Assembly: GCA_963674945.2 (NCBI GenBank)
Contig: CAXXWQ010000004.1
Location: 1,120,001-1,184,000 of the forward strand
DNA: 64,000 bases
Direction of reading: 5' to 3'
From: an uncultured Desulfosarcina sp.
GTDB taxonomy: Bacteria; Desulfobacterota; Desulfobacteria; Desulfobacterales; Desulfosarcinaceae
This document shows, one piece after another, positions 10,774 through 22,086 of this stretch. Positions within the stretch are counted from its first letter, which is position 1. Each line of letters starts with the position of its first letter. The position numbers and the translations under genes were made by a program. Below the pieces are notes generated by a model, which was given only the letters and a program-made list of their open reading frames with translations, was not told the DNA's origin and searched no databases.

Positions 10774-12138
10774 TCAGCTGGCGAATATTCTTGTAATATC
10801 ATTATAGAACACAAAAATCATCAGCATAATCAGGATAAAAATGCCTGCCTGCTGTGCAATTTCTCGCATGCGGGTATTGATCGGGCGCCGAATGACCGCC
10901 TCGATAATAAAAAACATGAGGTGGCCGCCATCCAGGACGGGAATGGGCAAGAAGTTGAGAACGGCCAGATTGATACTGAGCACCGCGATGAAAAAGATCA
11001 GGTTGGTCATCCCCGCCTTGGCTTGTTGTCCTGCCATCTCCGCGATCATGATGGGACCGCCCAGCGTTTTGGTGGAGACCGTTCCCTTGATCAGCTTACC
11101 GATACTGAGCACGGTCAGCTTGGCGATCTGATAGGTCTGCTCCACGCTTTCGGCCATGGCTGTAAAAAGGCCCCGCTTGATGATGATACGATCGGCCTTG
11201 GGAATTTCGATTCCCGGAGAGGAGATCCCGATGCGGTAGCTGTCAACTTTCTCCCCCAGCACGTTCTCCTCACTGAAGAGGACCGGCATGAGCTGGACCG
11301 TCAGGGTCTCTTCGCCGCGCTTGATGCGGATCGATAACTGCTCCCCCTTGCTCTGGGAGATGATGCGTTTCATGGTGTTCCAGCTGTCCACAGGATGATC
11401 GTTGATGGCGACGATCATGTCCCCCTTTTCGATGCCGGCCTTCTTGGCCGGGTAGCCGCTTGCCACTTCACCGACCATGGCCGGCAGCGGCGCAAGGCCG
11501 GAAAAGCCGGCATCATAATAGGGTACATCGTCTCCCAACAGATCTTTTGCCACCTTTGTCTGCGGGGTCACCGCAACGTCCAGCACCTCACCGCTTCTTC
11601 TCACCGCAACGTGGACTGTTTTCCCCTTTGCGTCGGCGATGAAACGGTTGATGTCCCCCCAGGCCTTCACCGGTTGACCATCGACGACAAGCACAAGGTC
11701 GCCGCTTCGGATGCCGACTTCGGCCGCCGGTCCACCGGGTGCCACATGATTGACGACCGGCCGAATGTCTTCGGTTCCGATGATCATAAAAAAAAATGTA
11801 TAGATCATCACGGCCAGGAGCAGGTTGAAGAAAGGACCGGCGGCGACGATTAAAAACCTTTTAAAAACATGCTTGTGGGTGAAGGAATAGGGGCGCAGGT
11901 CGTCGTCCACCTCGGCATCGGGCTCGTCGCCCACCATCTTGACATATCCACCCAAGGGAATGGCTGAAACACGGTAATCGGTGATTCCCACGGTCTTGCC
12001 GAAGAGACGCGGCCCGAATCCCAGGGAAAATTTTTCCACGCCGACGCCGAACAATCGGGCCACGAGAAAATGCCCCAGTTCATGAAAAAAGATGAGCACG
12101 CCGAGAACGATGACGAATGCGAAGATATTTGTTGTCAT
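10774..12138 (-). CDS. rseP: Site-2 intramembrane metalloprotease with two PDZ domains
   Basis: HELGH and NFLPIPVLDGG motifs; follows dxr. Confidence 0.95.
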   Translation of the reverse strand: MTTNIFAFVIVLGVLIFFHELGHFLVARLFGVGVEKFSLGFGPRLFGKTVGITDYRVSAIPLGGYVKMVGDEPDAEVDDDLRPYSFTHKHVFKRFLIVAAGPFFNLLLAVMIYTFFFMIIGTEDIRPVVNHVAPGGPAAEVGIRSGDLVLVVDGQPVKAWGDINRFIADAKGKTVHVAVRRSGEVLDVAVTPQTKVAKDLLGDDVPYYDAGFSGLAPLPAMVGEVASGYPAKKAGIEKGDMIVAINDHPVDSWNTMKRIISQSKGEQLSIRIKRGEETLTVQLMPVLFSEENVLGEKVDSYRIGISSPGIEIPKADRIIIKRGLFTAMAESVEQTYQIAKLTVLSIGKLIKGTVSTKTLGGPIMIAEMAGQQAKAGMTNLIFFIAVLSINLAVLNFLPIPVLDGGHLMFFIIEAVIRRPINTRMREIAQQAGIFILIMLMIFVFYNDITRIFAS

Positions 12139-12148
12139 GGGTGAACCG

Positions 12149-13312
12149 TTACCACTCCTGTTTGCGGATTAGCGATTGGGCCGTCTCTCTGGCCCAGCGA
12201 TCGGCCTCCATGATCCCACCGAGATCACCACCGTTGGATGAAGCGTGTCGATGCAATGTCTGTTCGATGACGGGATGAATTCTGGTAAATGGCAGACGAT
12301 TGTCCAAAAACGCATCCACGGCCACTTCGTTGGCCGCGTTAAGAACGGCTGGATATGTCCCCCCTTGCTCCCCTGCGGCAAATGCCAGCTTCAGGCAGGG
12401 AAAGCGCGTCATGTCCGGTTCCTCGAAGGTCAGTTGGCCGATATGGGGAAAATCGGGAACGGGAACGTCCAAGGGGAGCCGGTGCGGGTGTGACAGGCCA
12501 TAGGCGATGGCCCCCTTCATGTCCGGCACTCCCATTTGGGCAATGACCGCACCATCGGCATAGGTGACCATGGAGTGAACGATGCTCTGGGGATGAACCA
12601 CCACCTTGATCCGATGAAAGTCCATGTCAAAAAGCCACCGTGCCTCAATCACCTCCAGCCCCTTGTTCATCAGGGTCGCAGAGTCGATGGTGATCTTATT
12701 CCCCATGGACCAGTTGGGGTGTTTGAGGGCGTCTTGGGGGACGATGGTATCGAATGTTTCCGCCGGACGGGTGAGAAAGGGACCTCCCGAAGCGGTAAGC
12801 AAAATATCCTTGATCTCGTTTTTCGCGTGCCCCGCCATGCTTTGGAAAATTGCGCTGTGTTCGCTGTCCACGGGCATGAGTTTCACACCACGACGTACGA
12901 CCTTCTCCATTACGATGCCGCCGGCCATGACCAGAGTCTCTTTGTTGGCCAGCGCGATGTCCTTGCCTGCATCGATGGCGGCAAGGGTGGGCACCAGGCC
13001 GGCCGCCCCCACCATGGCACCCAGCATCATGTCCGTATCGTCGAACGTGGCTGCCCGTACATACCCAGCCTCACCAAAGAGAATTTCCACGTCCGTTCCG
13101 GATGGAAGCAGTTCCCGCAGACGGTCGGCATGCGCTGCATCCACCACGGCCGCCACCTTTGGTCTGAATTCCAGGATCTGTCGGGCCAAGAGGTCCACTC
13201 GGGTCTTGGCCGTGAGGGCGCTGACCGAAAAACGATCGGGAAATTGCCGTACAATGGTCAGTGCGTTGGTTCCGATGGATCCGGTGGCGCCCAGGATGGA
13301 GATTGATTTCAT
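12149..13312 (-). CDS. dxr: 1-deoxy-D-xylulose 5-phosphate reductoisomerase
   Basis: LGATGSIG, LANKE, PVDSEH, HPNWSMG, NAANE motifs. Confidence 0.97.
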   Translation of the reverse strand: MKSISILGATGSIGTNALTIVRQFPDRFSVSALTAKTRVDLLARQILEFRPKVAAVVDAAHADRLRELLPSGTDVEILFGEAGYVRAATFDDTDMMLGAMVGAAGLVPTLAAIDAGKDIALANKETLVMAGGIVMEKVVRRGVKLMPVDSEHSAIFQSMAGHAKNEIKDILLTASGGPFLTRPAETFDTIVPQDALKHPNWSMGNKITIDSATLMNKGLEVIEARWLFDMDFHRIKVVVHPQSIVHSMVTYADGAVIAQMGVPDMKGAIAYGLSHPHRLPLDVPVPDFPHIGQLTFEEPDMTRFPCLKLAFAAGEQGGTYPAVLNAANEVAVDAFLDNRLPFTRIHPVIEQTLHRHASSNGGDLGGIMEADRWARETAQSLIRKQEW

Positions 13313-13349
13313 AGCGGCTGGCCCATTATGCTTCGGGGTTGCAATTTAG

Positions 13350-14156
13350 TCAGAATACACCGATTTTGAAAAGATAGGCAAGCGGTGCGGCAAACAGGAG
13401 TGCATCCAGCCGGTCGAGAAATCCCCCGTGACCGGGAAGCAGGGTCCCTGAATCCTTGATCCCCGCAGCCCGTTTGAACTCCGAGGCAAACAGATCGCCC
13501 ACCTGGCCGACCGCGCCCATGACCAGGGCGAAAATCGTACAGGCAAGCATGGAGAAGGTCGGAAACCACATCAATTTTAATGGCAGGGCGACGAGAACGT
13601 TGGCCACCAAGCCGCCGATGCTGCCCTCGACGGTTTTCTTGGGGCTGACCCAGGGACAGAGCTTTCGGCGACCCAGATGACGACCGCTATAAAACGCCCC
13701 CGTATCCCCCGCGGCGACGATACATAGTATCCAGAAAATCCAGTGAGAGCCGTTCTCATCGGCCCGGATAATCGTCAAGAATCCGAGAAACAAGGGGATG
13801 TAAACGAGCCCGAGGACCTGTTTGCCCACCAAATGCGGCGCGTTTTTATCATCCTTGAAAAGGGGCAGGGTCAATCCCGCCACCAGGACCAGATTTACGG
13901 AGATGAGAAGGGGCACGTGGGCAAGATGTCCCTTATAGACCATCCAGACGATCACCGGTGCGAGCACCAGTCCCAAAGCAGCAATCCACCGCACCATCTT
14001 TTGGTCTTGGGACGGAAATGCCGCCCGATAGTATTCGAAAAGCGTCACCACGCTGGCTGCGCCGATCAACAGGGCGAAGATCGTCTGGCCGGCGACGATC
14101 AGAAAATAGACGATGGGTACCGCGATAATTCCGGTGATCCAGCGTTTTAAATGCAT
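13350..14156 (-). CDS. cdsA: Phosphatidate cytidylyltransferase
   Basis: SPKKTVEG and KDSGTLLPGHGGFLDRLD motifs. Confidence 0.96.
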   Translation of the reverse strand: MHLKRWITGIIAVPIVYFLIVAGQTIFALLIGAASVVTLFEYYRAAFPSQDQKMVRWIAALGLVLAPVIVWMVYKGHLAHVPLLISVNLVLVAGLTLPLFKDDKNAPHLVGKQVLGLVYIPLFLGFLTIIRADENGSHWIFWILCIVAAGDTGAFYSGRHLGRRKLCPWVSPKKTVEGSIGGLVANVLVALPLKLMWFPTFSMLACTIFALVMGAVGQVGDLFASEFKRAAGIKDSGTLLPGHGGFLDRLDALLFAAPLAYLFKIGVF

Positions 14157-14163
14157 GGAATTC

Positions 14164-14910
14164 CTAATTTGTCTTCAGCTTGCCGAAACGACGATCTCGC
14201 GACTGGAATTCCTCCAGAATCCGAAGGAATTCCGCTTCGCCGAAATCGGGCCAGAGGGTTGGTGTGAAAAACAGCTCCGCGTAAGCGATCTGCCATAAAA
14301 GAAAATTGCTGATGCGCATCTCACCACTGGTGCGGATCAGCAGGTCCACATCGGGCATTCCCCGTGTGTAGAGGTGTTGGGAAACCATCTCGGATGTCAC
14401 CGCGGCCGGATCGATCTCCCCCTTTCGGGCGGCATCGGCCAACTGCCGGACCATATGGACGATCTCGGCCCGGGACCCATAGCTCAAAGCGAGATTCAGG
14501 ACCATGTCCGAATTTTTCGCCGTATCCGACATGACCGAAGATAGGGCGCCGCGCACCGACTCGGGCAGTCGATCGAATTGTCCGATGGTGTTGAGCCGAA
14601 TCCCGTTCTCCATCATCTCCTCACGCTCCTGGTCCAGAAAACGCCGGAGCAACACCATGAGACCAGAGACCTCGTGTTTTGGTCGCTGCCAGTTTTCGGT
14701 GGAAAAGGCGAAGAGCGTCAATGTCGGGATATGGTGTTTTCGGGCGCAGCGCACGACACTTCGTACTGCTTCCGCCCCTTTTTCATGCCCGCTTAAGCGA
14801 TTCAGCAGGCGCTTTTGGGCCCAGCGGCCATTGCCATCCATGATGATGGCGACATGTTTGGGCATTCGTTGGGGGTCGAGTTCCATCCGCATGGATGAAC
14901 TAGAATTCAA
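14164..14910 (-). CDS. uppS: Undecaprenyl diphosphate synthase
   Basis: [33 protein letters not shown] start at 14910 with AAGGA SD (alternative ATG at 14892 or 14886). Confidence 0.95.
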   Translation of the reverse strand: MNSSSSMRMELDPQRMPKHVAIIMDGNGRWAQKRLLNRLSGHEKGAEAVRSVVRCARKHHIPTLTLFAFSTENWQRPKHEVSGLMVLLRRFLDQEREEMMENGIRLNTIGQFDRLPESVRGALSSVMSDTAKNSDMVLNLALSYGSRAEIVHMVRQLADAARKGEIDPAAVTSEMVSQHLYTRGMPDVDLLIRTSGEMRISNFLLWQIAYAELFFTPTLWPDFGEAEFLRILEEFQSRDRRFGKLKTN

Positions 14911-15457
14911 GGATTTCCTTCTCTTTGTTTTGATAAATTTCGTCGATCTTGGCGATAAAGGTGTCGGTAATCTTCTGAACGCTGTCCTGGGCCTTGAAGG
15001 CATCGTCTTCGGCGATATCTCCGTCCTTTTTGAATCCCTTGAGCAGTTCGTTGGAATCCCGACGGATATTTCGTACGGAGACCTTGTGGTCCTCGCACAT
15101 CTTGCCGACCACCTTTACCAGTTCCTTGCGCCGTTCTTCGGTCAGGGGTGGAATGGAGATGCGGATCAGCTTGCCATCGCTGGAAGGCGTCAGGCCGAGA
15201 TCGGATTTTAGGATCGCTTTCTCGATATCCTTGATGGCGGAAACATCCCAGGGTTGAATCACGATCAAGCGGCTTTCGGGCACCGATAAAGAGGCCATCT
15301 GGTTAAGCGGTGTCTGTGTGCCGTAATAGTCTGCCCTAATACCGTCCAAAAGAGACAAGGACGCCCTTCCCGTCCGAACCCGCTTGAGTTCATTTTCCAG
15401 GTCGGCAATTGTTTTCCCCATCCGATCTTTCGTTTCTTCGAGAGTCTCTTCGATCAT
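14900..15457 (-). CDS. frr: Ribosome recycling factor
   Basis: [17 protein letters not shown] motifs. Confidence 0.97.
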   Translation of the reverse strand: MIEETLEETKDRMGKTIADLENELKRVRTGRASLSLLDGIRADYYGTQTPLNQMASLSVPESRLIVIQPWDVSAIKDIEKAILKSDLGLTPSSDGKLIRISIPPLTEERRKELVKVVGKMCEDHKVSVRNIRRDSNELLKGFKKDGDIAEDDAFKAQDSVQKITDTFIAKIDEIYQNKEKEILEF

Positions 15458-15494
15458 GACTTAGGTTACCTCACTGGTATGACAAATATATTTG

Positions 15495-15635
15495 GTGTTC
15501 GTCCAGAAATAGGAAAATTTGGTCGAGATCAAGGCGCACGAAAAATTTTACCGGAGGTATATGGTTGATATTCCGAGGATATAATTTTTCGCGCAACGCC
15601 GATATCGGGCAAATTGGCCATTTCTGGATGGGCAC
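15495..15635 (+). mobile_element. MITE-like fold-back repeat, family A copy 3 (141 bp)
   Basis: TIRs gtgttcgtccagaaat / atttctggatgggcac, TG on both flanks; 2 nt from the pyrH stop. Confidence 0.92.
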
Positions 15636-15637
15636 TG

Positions 15638-16351
15638 TTATCCGCCAATCGTTGTTCCCACAACCTCGCCGCAGACGACCTTCTTGATATTTCCCTTTTG
15701 TTTCAGGTTAAAGACAATTAACGGTAGTTCATTGTCCATGGCCAGGGAAATTGCCGTCATATCCATGACCTTCAACTGACGCTCGAGTACCTCCATGTAA
15801 CTGATGGTTTCGATAAACCGTGCTCCGGCGTTTTTTTCCGGATCGGAATCGTAGAGACCATCCACCTTGGTGGCCTTGAGCAGAATCTGTGCATGAATCT
15901 CCTTGGCCCGGAGCACCGCCGCCGTATCGGTCGTAAAGTAGGGATTTCCGGAACCGGCGGCAAAAATGACCACGCGGCCCTTTTCCAGATGTCGCAGTGC
16001 CCGGCGCAAAATGTACGGTTCGGCCACCTCGTGCATGGAGATGGCCGTTTGCACACGTGTCTGAATCCCCTTCTTCTCCAAAGCATCCTGAAGGGCCAGG
16101 CTGTTGAGCACCGTCGCCAACATTCCCATGTGATCGGCGGATGTCCGCTCCATCCCGAAGGAACTGGCCGCCACACCGCGAAAGATATTGCCACCACCGA
16201 CGACGATGGCCAATTGCACATTGAGTTTGACGATGGAGTCGACCTCTTCGGCGACATAGGCCAACATATTGGGACAGATGCCGAATCCCTGATCGCCCAT
16301 GAGTGCTTCGCCGCTAAGCTTGAGCAGTATTCGCTCGAATTTGACGTCCAC
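15638..16351 (-). CDS. pyrH: UMP kinase
   Basis: [24 protein letters not shown] motifs; GTG start. Confidence 0.97.
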   Translation of the reverse strand: MDVKFERILLKLSGEALMGDQGFGICPNMLAYVAEEVDSIVKLNVQLAIVVGGGNIFRGVAASSFGMERTSADHMGMLATVLNSLALQDALEKKGIQTRVQTAISMHEVAEPYILRRALRHLEKGRVVIFAAGSGNPYFTTDTAAVLRAKEIHAQILLKATKVDGLYDSDPEKNAGARFIETISYMEVLERQLKVMDMTAISLAMDNELPLIVFNLKQKGNIKKVVCGEVVGTTIGG

Positions 16352-16353
16352 CC

Positions 16354-16953
16354 TTATTCCGCTCCGATCTGAAATCTGGCGAACCGTTTGATGGTAATCT
16401 TTTCTCCGGTCTTTGCAATAACCTCGTTGAGATAGTCGGCGATGGTCTTGTCCGGCTCCTTGACATACTGCTGATTCATCAGACAGTTCTCCTTGAAGAA
16501 CTTGTTGAGCTTGCCCTCGGCGATTTTATCCACCATCTTTTCGGGCTTGCCCATCTCCAAAACCTGGGCCTTGTATATCTCACGCTCTCTTTCGAGTACA
16601 TCCGCAGGCACATCTTCCGGTACGATGCCCACCGGACTGGTGGCCGCGATGTGCATGGCGATGTTTCTGGCAAATTCGTTGAAGTCGTCCGTCTTGGCCA
16701 CGAAATCGGTCTCACAATTGACCTCTACCAAGACCCCGATTTTGCCGCCCATGTGAATGTACGATTGAACGGTGCCTTCGCTGGTGGCCCGACCGGCACG
16801 CTTGGCCGCGGTGGCGATCCCTTTCTTCCGCAGAAAGTCGACGGCTTTTTCCAGGTCGCCGTCGCACTCCACAAGGGCTTTTTTACAATCCATCATGCCG
16901 GCTCCGGATTTTTCCCGGAGTTCCTTGACCATTTTTGCGCTGATATCTGCCAT
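16354..16953 (-). CDS. tsf: Elongation factor Ts (short form)
   Basis: [19 protein letters not shown] motifs. Confidence 0.97.
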   Translation of the reverse strand: MADISAKMVKELREKSGAGMMDCKKALVECDGDLEKAVDFLRKKGIATAAKRAGRATSEGTVQSYIHMGGKIGVLVEVNCETDFVAKTDDFNEFARNIAMHIAATSPVGIVPEDVPADVLEREREIYKAQVLEMGKPEKMVDKIAEGKLNKFFKENCLMNQQYVKEPDKTIADYLNEVIAKTGEKITIKRFARFQIGAE

Positions 16954-16958
16954 GTGAA

Positions 16959-17855
16959 TTACTCTCCTGCCACATCTTCTGTAGAGGAAGCGGATTCCTC
17001 TGTGGATTCTGTATTTTCAGTGCCGCCGGTGCCTTTCCGAATGATTTCGACGACCGGTCCGTTGGTACCGTCGGAAATCACCTTGCGTTCACCGGGTTTC
17101 AGGTCGGCGGCGGCGGATTCGATCTCGGTCTCTTCCTGTTCCTTGTCTGCTTCGGCCTGCTGACGCTCTTTATACCTGTCCTTTCCTTCGATGCAGGCGT
17201 CGGACATCTTGGAACTTACCAGACGAATGGCGCGGATCGCATCATCGTTTCCCGGGATGACGTAGTCAATCTCATCGGGATCGCAGTTGGTATCCACGAT
17301 CGCCACGATGGGGATTCCCAAACGACGGCCCTCACGAACGGCAATAGCCTCATTTTTCGGGTCAACGATGAAAATCGCACCGGGCAATTTTGTCATATTC
17401 CGGATGCCGCCCAATGTGCTGTCCAGCTTCACGCGTTCCTTGGCCAGCTTCAGCCGTTCTTTCTTTGGAAACAGGTTGATGGAACCGTCATTCTCGATGG
17501 TGTTGAGATGGTTGAGGCGGTCCACGCTCTTCTTGATGGTCTGGAAGTTTGTCAGCATACCGCCGAGCCAACGATTGTGGACATAAAACATTTCAGCCCG
17601 GTTGGCCTCTTCGTAAATGGATTCCCGGGCCTGCTTCTTGGTTCCCACGAACAAAACCGATTTTCCCTTCGCGACGGTATCGGCAATAAAATCGTAGGCG
17701 TCCCGAAACATTCTTACGGTTTTTTGAAGATCGATGATGTAGATACCGTTTCTGGCGCCAAAGATGTAAGGCTTCATCTTGGGATTCCAGCGTTTGGTTT
17801 GGTGCCCGAAGTGGACACCGGCTTCCAACATCTCTTTCATCGTCACGTAGGCCAT
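16959..17855 (-). CDS. rpsB: 30S ribosomal protein S2 with acidic C-terminal tail
   Basis: [25 protein letters not shown] motifs. Confidence 0.98.
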   Translation of the reverse strand: MAYVTMKEMLEAGVHFGHQTKRWNPKMKPYIFGARNGIYIIDLQKTVRMFRDAYDFIADTVAKGKSVLFVGTKKQARESIYEEANRAEMFYVHNRWLGGMLTNFQTIKKSVDRLNHLNTIENDGSINLFPKKERLKLAKERVKLDSTLGGIRNMTKLPGAIFIVDPKNEAIAVREGRRLGIPIVAIVDTNCDPDEIDYVIPGNDDAIRAIRLVSSKMSDACIEGKDRYKERQQAEADKEQEETEIESAAADLKPGERKVISDGTNGPVVEIIRKGTGGTENTESTEESASSTEDVAGE

Positions 17856-17874
17856 TTGGTTCTCCTTTTCATTT

Positions 17875-17955
17875 GGTTAAACCTTCGCCCGCTTCATTCC
17901 TGGAATCCGACTTTCCCATTTCGAAAGCACCGGGACCCAAGTCCACGGACGTGTG
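17875..17955 (-). promoter_or_regulatory. rpsB leader (t44/S2 autoregulatory RNA)
   Basis: Minus strand reads CACACG...CCCGGUGC...GUCGG...GAAGGUUUAACC, the conserved layout of the S2 leader, just upstream of the rpsB SD. Confidence 0.75.
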
Positions 17956-18003
17956 AATAAAAACGATTTTAATTACCAAAATTCATATCGGCCCGCAAGT
18001 ATT

Positions 18004-18897
18004 TTATATGGAATTCTGCGAACTTCTTGTCTTCGCCAGCAACAAGCGGTCAAGTCCGGCGTAATCCTTTATGAATCGGGGGGGATCGTATTGACCGGCG
18101 GCCGAAACGATCTTCGAAACCGCCTCGCGTTGGTCGAATCCCATCTCCAGGGCCAGTACCCCTCCCGATTTCAGGTACAGGTGAGCCGTTTCGATGATGC
18201 GCCGTATGGCAAAAAGTCCGTCGGCACTGCCATCTAATGCCATTTTCGGTTCGAACAGGCGGATTTCCGGCGCAAGACCTTCGATGTCACCGCTTCGAAC
18301 ATACGGCGGATTGGAGACGATAAAATCGAATCGTGCATGGGCAGCAAGGGCCGTCTCCCAATTTCCGCAAAACCACTGAATACGGTCTGAAAGGCCGTTT
18401 CGACGGGCGTTTTCACGGGCGGTGGCAAGGGCGGCTGCGGATTGATCCATGGCAATGTAAAGATGTCGGGGATGATCATGGCAGAGGCTGATGACGATGG
18501 CCCCCGATCCGGTTCCCATCTCCAGCAGTCGACGGGGGGGGCCGTCGCCTTCCGAAAGGAACGGCGACAGCGCTTCCACCAGACACTCCGTCTCGGGACG
18601 CGGGATCAGTACGGACGGATTCACCGAAAACGGCAGAGACCAAAATTCACGGTTGCCGGTGATGTAGGCCACCGGCTCCTTGTTCAACCGCCGCTTGATG
18701 AGCGATTTAAAACGGGCCAACTCGTCTGCGCCAAGGGGTTTATCGTGGTTCAGGTAGAGATCGATGCGGCGGATTTCCAAGGCATGTGCCAGAAGTATCT
18801 CCGCCTCTATTCGGGGGCTTTCGATCCGATGATTTGAAAAATAGTCCGTCGTCCAGCGCACCAGTTCCAGACAGGTCCACGGCGAACTTCTATCCAT
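18004..18897 (-). CDS. prmC: Release factor glutamine methyltransferase
   Basis: [26 protein letters not shown] motifs; start at 18897 or 18912. Confidence 0.96.
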   Translation of the reverse strand: MDRSSPWTCLELVRWTTDYFSNHRIESPRIEAEILLAHALEIRRIDLYLNHDKPLGADELARFKSLIKRRLNKEPVAYITGNREFWSLPFSVNPSVLIPRPETECLVEALSPFLSEGDGPPRRLLEMGTGSGAIVISLCHDHPRHLYIAMDQSAAALATARENARRNGLSDRIQWFCGNWETALAAHARFDFIVSNPPYVRSGDIEGLAPEIRLFEPKMALDGSADGLFAIRRIIETAHLYLKSGGVLALEMGFDQREAVSKIVSAAGQYDPPRFIKDYAGLDRLLLAKTRSSQNSI

Positions 18898-19966
18898 CTG
18901 CGCTTTCCGCATGTTGAAGGGCCTGGCTCTGGTAGTGGGTGATCAGCGGTTCGATTACCTCGTCCACATCGCCTTGCAGGATATTTTCCAGTTTATACAG
19001 CGTCAACCCGATACGGTGGTCCGTAACCCGGCCCTGGGGGAAATTGTACGTTCGAATCCGTTCGCTGCGGTCACCGCTTCCCACCTGATTTCTTCGATTC
19101 TGGGAGCGTTCCTCGTTTTGTTCCCTGACCATCTGATCGAGCAATCGCGACCGGAGAACCTTCATGGCCTTGGCCTTGTTCTTGTGCTGGGACTTTTCAT
19201 CCTGGCAGGTGACCACCAGGCCCGACGGCAGATGGGTAATGCGAACGGCCGAATCGGTGGTATTGACGCTTTGCCCCCCCGGACCCGAAGAGCGGTAGAC
19301 ATCCACTTTGATCTCGTTGGGATCGATGTCGATTTCGATCTCCTCGGCTTCGGGCAGAACCGCCACCGTGACGGCGGAGGTGTGAATTCGTCCCTGGGCC
19401 TCCGTGGTGGGTACCCGCTGCACCCGGTGAGTGCCGCTTTCGAACTTGAGACGACTGTACGCCCCCTTGCCGCTGACGCTGGCGATGATCTCCTTCAGTC
19501 CTCCCACACCCGTGGTGTGGTGATCCAACACCTCCACCTTCCACCGTCGCCCCTCTGCATAGCGCTGGTACATCTTGAAAAGGTCGCCGGCAAAGAGTCC
19601 GGCTTCATCGCCACCGGTACCGGCCCGGATCTCTAAAATCACGTTCTTGTCGTCCAGCGGGTCCTTGGGAACCAAAAGAATCTTCAGTTCCTCAGTCAAC
19701 CGCTGTTTCTCTTTTTCCAGACGCGCCACCTCTTCACCGGCCATCTGTTTCATTTCGGGATCATCATCGCTGAGAAGTTCCAGGCTGTCGTCCAATTCCC
19801 GGTCTGCCTTCTTATATTCCCTGAACGCGGTGACGATGGGAAAAATTTCCGCATGTTCGCGGCTGTACTTTTGGTAGGCAATCCTGTCGGCAACCACCTT
19901 CGGATCCGATAATAACCGTTCCAACTCCTGATAACGATCTTCGACACCTTTTAGTTTATCAAACAT
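18890..19966 (-). CDS. prfA: Peptide chain release factor 1
   Basis: PTT tripeptide, GGQ, RTYNFPQ motifs. Confidence 0.97.
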   Translation of the reverse strand: MFDKLKGVEDRYQELERLLSDPKVVADRIAYQKYSREHAEIFPIVTAFREYKKADRELDDSLELLSDDDPEMKQMAGEEVARLEKEKQRLTEELKILLVPKDPLDDKNVILEIRAGTGGDEAGLFAGDLFKMYQRYAEGRRWKVEVLDHHTTGVGGLKEIIASVSGKGAYSRLKFESGTHRVQRVPTTEAQGRIHTSAVTVAVLPEAEEIEIDIDPNEIKVDVYRSSGPGGQSVNTTDSAVRITHLPSGLVVTCQDEKSQHKNKAKAMKVLRSRLLDQMVREQNEERSQNRRNQVGSGDRSERIRTYNFPQGRVTDHRIGLTLYKLENILQGDVDEVIEPLITHYQSQALQHAESADG

Positions 19967-20167
19967 GTTCACCGCCAATTAAAGAAGCCTGCCGACCCAA
20001 ACGAGGATTTCGATTGATAACGAGCGTTTATGCGTCTTACCGCGTAAGCGGCCTGTCCGTTTGGTGAAAGAGGAGATCGAAAAAGAAAAGACACGAGAAG
20101 GGCGCGTCTCGTTGCCGGCAAGGTGACCGGCAACGATCGGCAACCGAAACAATAAAGGGTGGATGCG

Positions 20168-20377
20168 CTACTGGTTTTGAAATTTTTCGTATTTTTTCCT
20201 GAACCGCTCGATGCGACCGGCCGTGTCCACCAGCTTTTGCTTACCGGTAAAAAACGGGTGGCACTTGGAACAAATTTCCACGCGTATGTCTTTTTTCGTC
20301 GAACCCACCTCAATGCTGTTGCCGCAGGCACACTGGATGGTCGTTGGATTATATTCCGGATGGATATCGGCTTTCAT
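20168..20377 (-). CDS. rpmE: 50S ribosomal protein L31 (Zn-binding type A)
   Basis: [19 protein letters not shown] motifs. Confidence 0.97.
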   Translation of the reverse strand: MKADIHPEYNPTTIQCACGNSIEVGSTKKDIRVEICSKCHPFFTGKQKLVDTAGRIERFRKKYEKFQNQ

Positions 20378-20404
20378 TGTAATTTCAACCCCCTATAGAA
20401 AAAT

Positions 20405-21652
20405 TTATGCATTCATCGAATCTAGAAAGTCGGCATTATCCTTCGTTCCGTTCATTTTTTCAAGTAAAAATTCGAGACTGTCCGACGGATTCAAGGACGC
20501 AAACAGTTTTCGCAGGATCCAGACCCGGTTCAAAGTGAGTTCGTCCAAGAGCAGTTCCTCTTTGCGGGTGCCGGACTTCTTGATATCGATGGCAGGGAAA
20601 ATACGCTTGTCGGCCAGGCGACGATCCAGCTGGATCTCCATGTTACCGGTTCCCTTGAACTCCTCGAAGATCACCTCATCCATCCGGCTGCCGGTATCCA
20701 CGAGGGCAGTGGCGATGATGGTCAGACTGCCACCCTCCTCGACATTCCGGGCGGCTCCGAAAAAACGCTTGGGGCGTTGCAGGGCGTTGGAGTCCACACC
20801 ACCGGAGAGGATCTTGCCGGAAGGGGGCATGACGGAGTTGTAGGCCCGCGCCAGACGGGTGATGCTGTCTAAGAGAATCACGACGTTCTTTTTGTGTTCC
20901 ACGAGCCGTTTGGCTTTTTCGATGACCATCTCGGCAACCTGGACATGGCGTTCGGCCGGTTCGTCGAAGGTGGAGCTGATCACCTCCCCTTTCACCGACC
21001 GCTCCATGTCCGTAACCTCTTCCGGCCGTTCGTCGATGAGCAACACGAAGAGCACGATGTCCTTGTGATTTTTGACGACGCAATTGGCGATACACTGGAG
21101 CAGCATGGTCTTGCCCGAACGTGGCGGGGAGACGATCAGGCCGCGCTGTCCGAACCCGATGGGCGTCAAGAGGTCCATGATCCGGGCGGAATAGTTTTCC
21201 GGATCCACCTCCAGATTCATTTTGTTCTCGGGATAAAGCGGTGTCAGGTTGTCGAAGAGTATCTTCTCCCGGGCGACTTCGGGATCTTCGTAATTGACCG
21301 CTTCGACCTTCAAAAGGGCAAAATAGCGTTCAGATTCCTTGGGCTGGCGGATCTGGCCGGACACGGTGTCTCCGGTACGAAGGTTGAACCGCCGAATCTG
21401 CGATGGTGAGACGTAGATATCGTCCGGGCCGGGCAGGTAGTTGTAATTGGGTGCGCGAAGAAAACCGAATCCATCGGGCAGAATTTCCAGCGTACCTTCT
21501 CCGTAGATCAACCCGTTCTTCTCGATCTGGGCCTGGAGCAATGAAAAGATCAGCTCCTGTTTTCGCATGCCAGCAGCCCCGTCGATATTGAGCTGTTTGG
21601 CCATCTTGTTCAGTTCATTGATCTTCTTGTTTTTCAGTTCAACAATATTCAT
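20405..21652 (-). CDS. rho: Transcription termination factor Rho
   Basis: [33 protein letters not shown] motifs. Confidence 0.98.
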   Translation of the reverse strand: MNIVELKNKKINELNKMAKQLNIDGAAGMRKQELIFSLLQAQIEKNGLIYGEGTLEILPDGFGFLRAPNYNYLPGPDDIYVSPSQIRRFNLRTGDTVSGQIRQPKESERYFALLKVEAVNYEDPEVAREKILFDNLTPLYPENKMNLEVDPENYSARIMDLLTPIGFGQRGLIVSPPRSGKTMLLQCIANCVVKNHKDIVLFVLLIDERPEEVTDMERSVKGEVISSTFDEPAERHVQVAEMVIEKAKRLVEHKKNVVILLDSITRLARAYNSVMPPSGKILSGGVDSNALQRPKRFFGAARNVEEGGSLTIIATALVDTGSRMDEVIFEEFKGTGNMEIQLDRRLADKRIFPAIDIKKSGTRKEELLLDELTLNRVWILRKLFASLNPSDSLEFLLEKMNGTKDNADFLDSMNA

Positions 21653-21992
21653 CAACACACCCCATTATTGGATTGATATTTTCCGCCACTGGCAACAATT
21701 GTCCATATGGTTTCATGATCCAGGAAAATCCCGATGGGTTCCCGATCATCGGTTCGCGGGTACAATGACAAGGGGCCGACCCCCCTTCCGGTATTTCGTT
21801 TCTCACGGTAAATGGTGCCTTCCGGGTGAAATGGCTTGAGCAGCTGATTTTTTGGAGGAATATGCGTGTTTTTATGATAGATGTTACTCTGGTTCCCTCA
21901 CCAACTGGGCCTGTCGGTGATACATATGGGTTCTGTTATACCATGCACCCGTCGGTGTCAAGCATTAGGTTGCAATCCGATCCATCTACCTC

Positions 21993-22037
21993 GCGGTCAA
22001 CCGGAAATGGCCAATTTGCCTACTTCTGGAAAGACAC
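21993..22037 (-). mobile_element. 45-bp mini-derivative of family A (both ends fused)
   Basis: gcggtcaaccggaaatggccaatttgcc-tacttctggaaagacac consists of the two element ends joined at the shared aatttgcc. Confidence 0.7.
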
Positions 22038-22086
22038 TGCTTCAATTTTATTCGGTTGACATGTATGAAGGTATGAATAATGTGGA

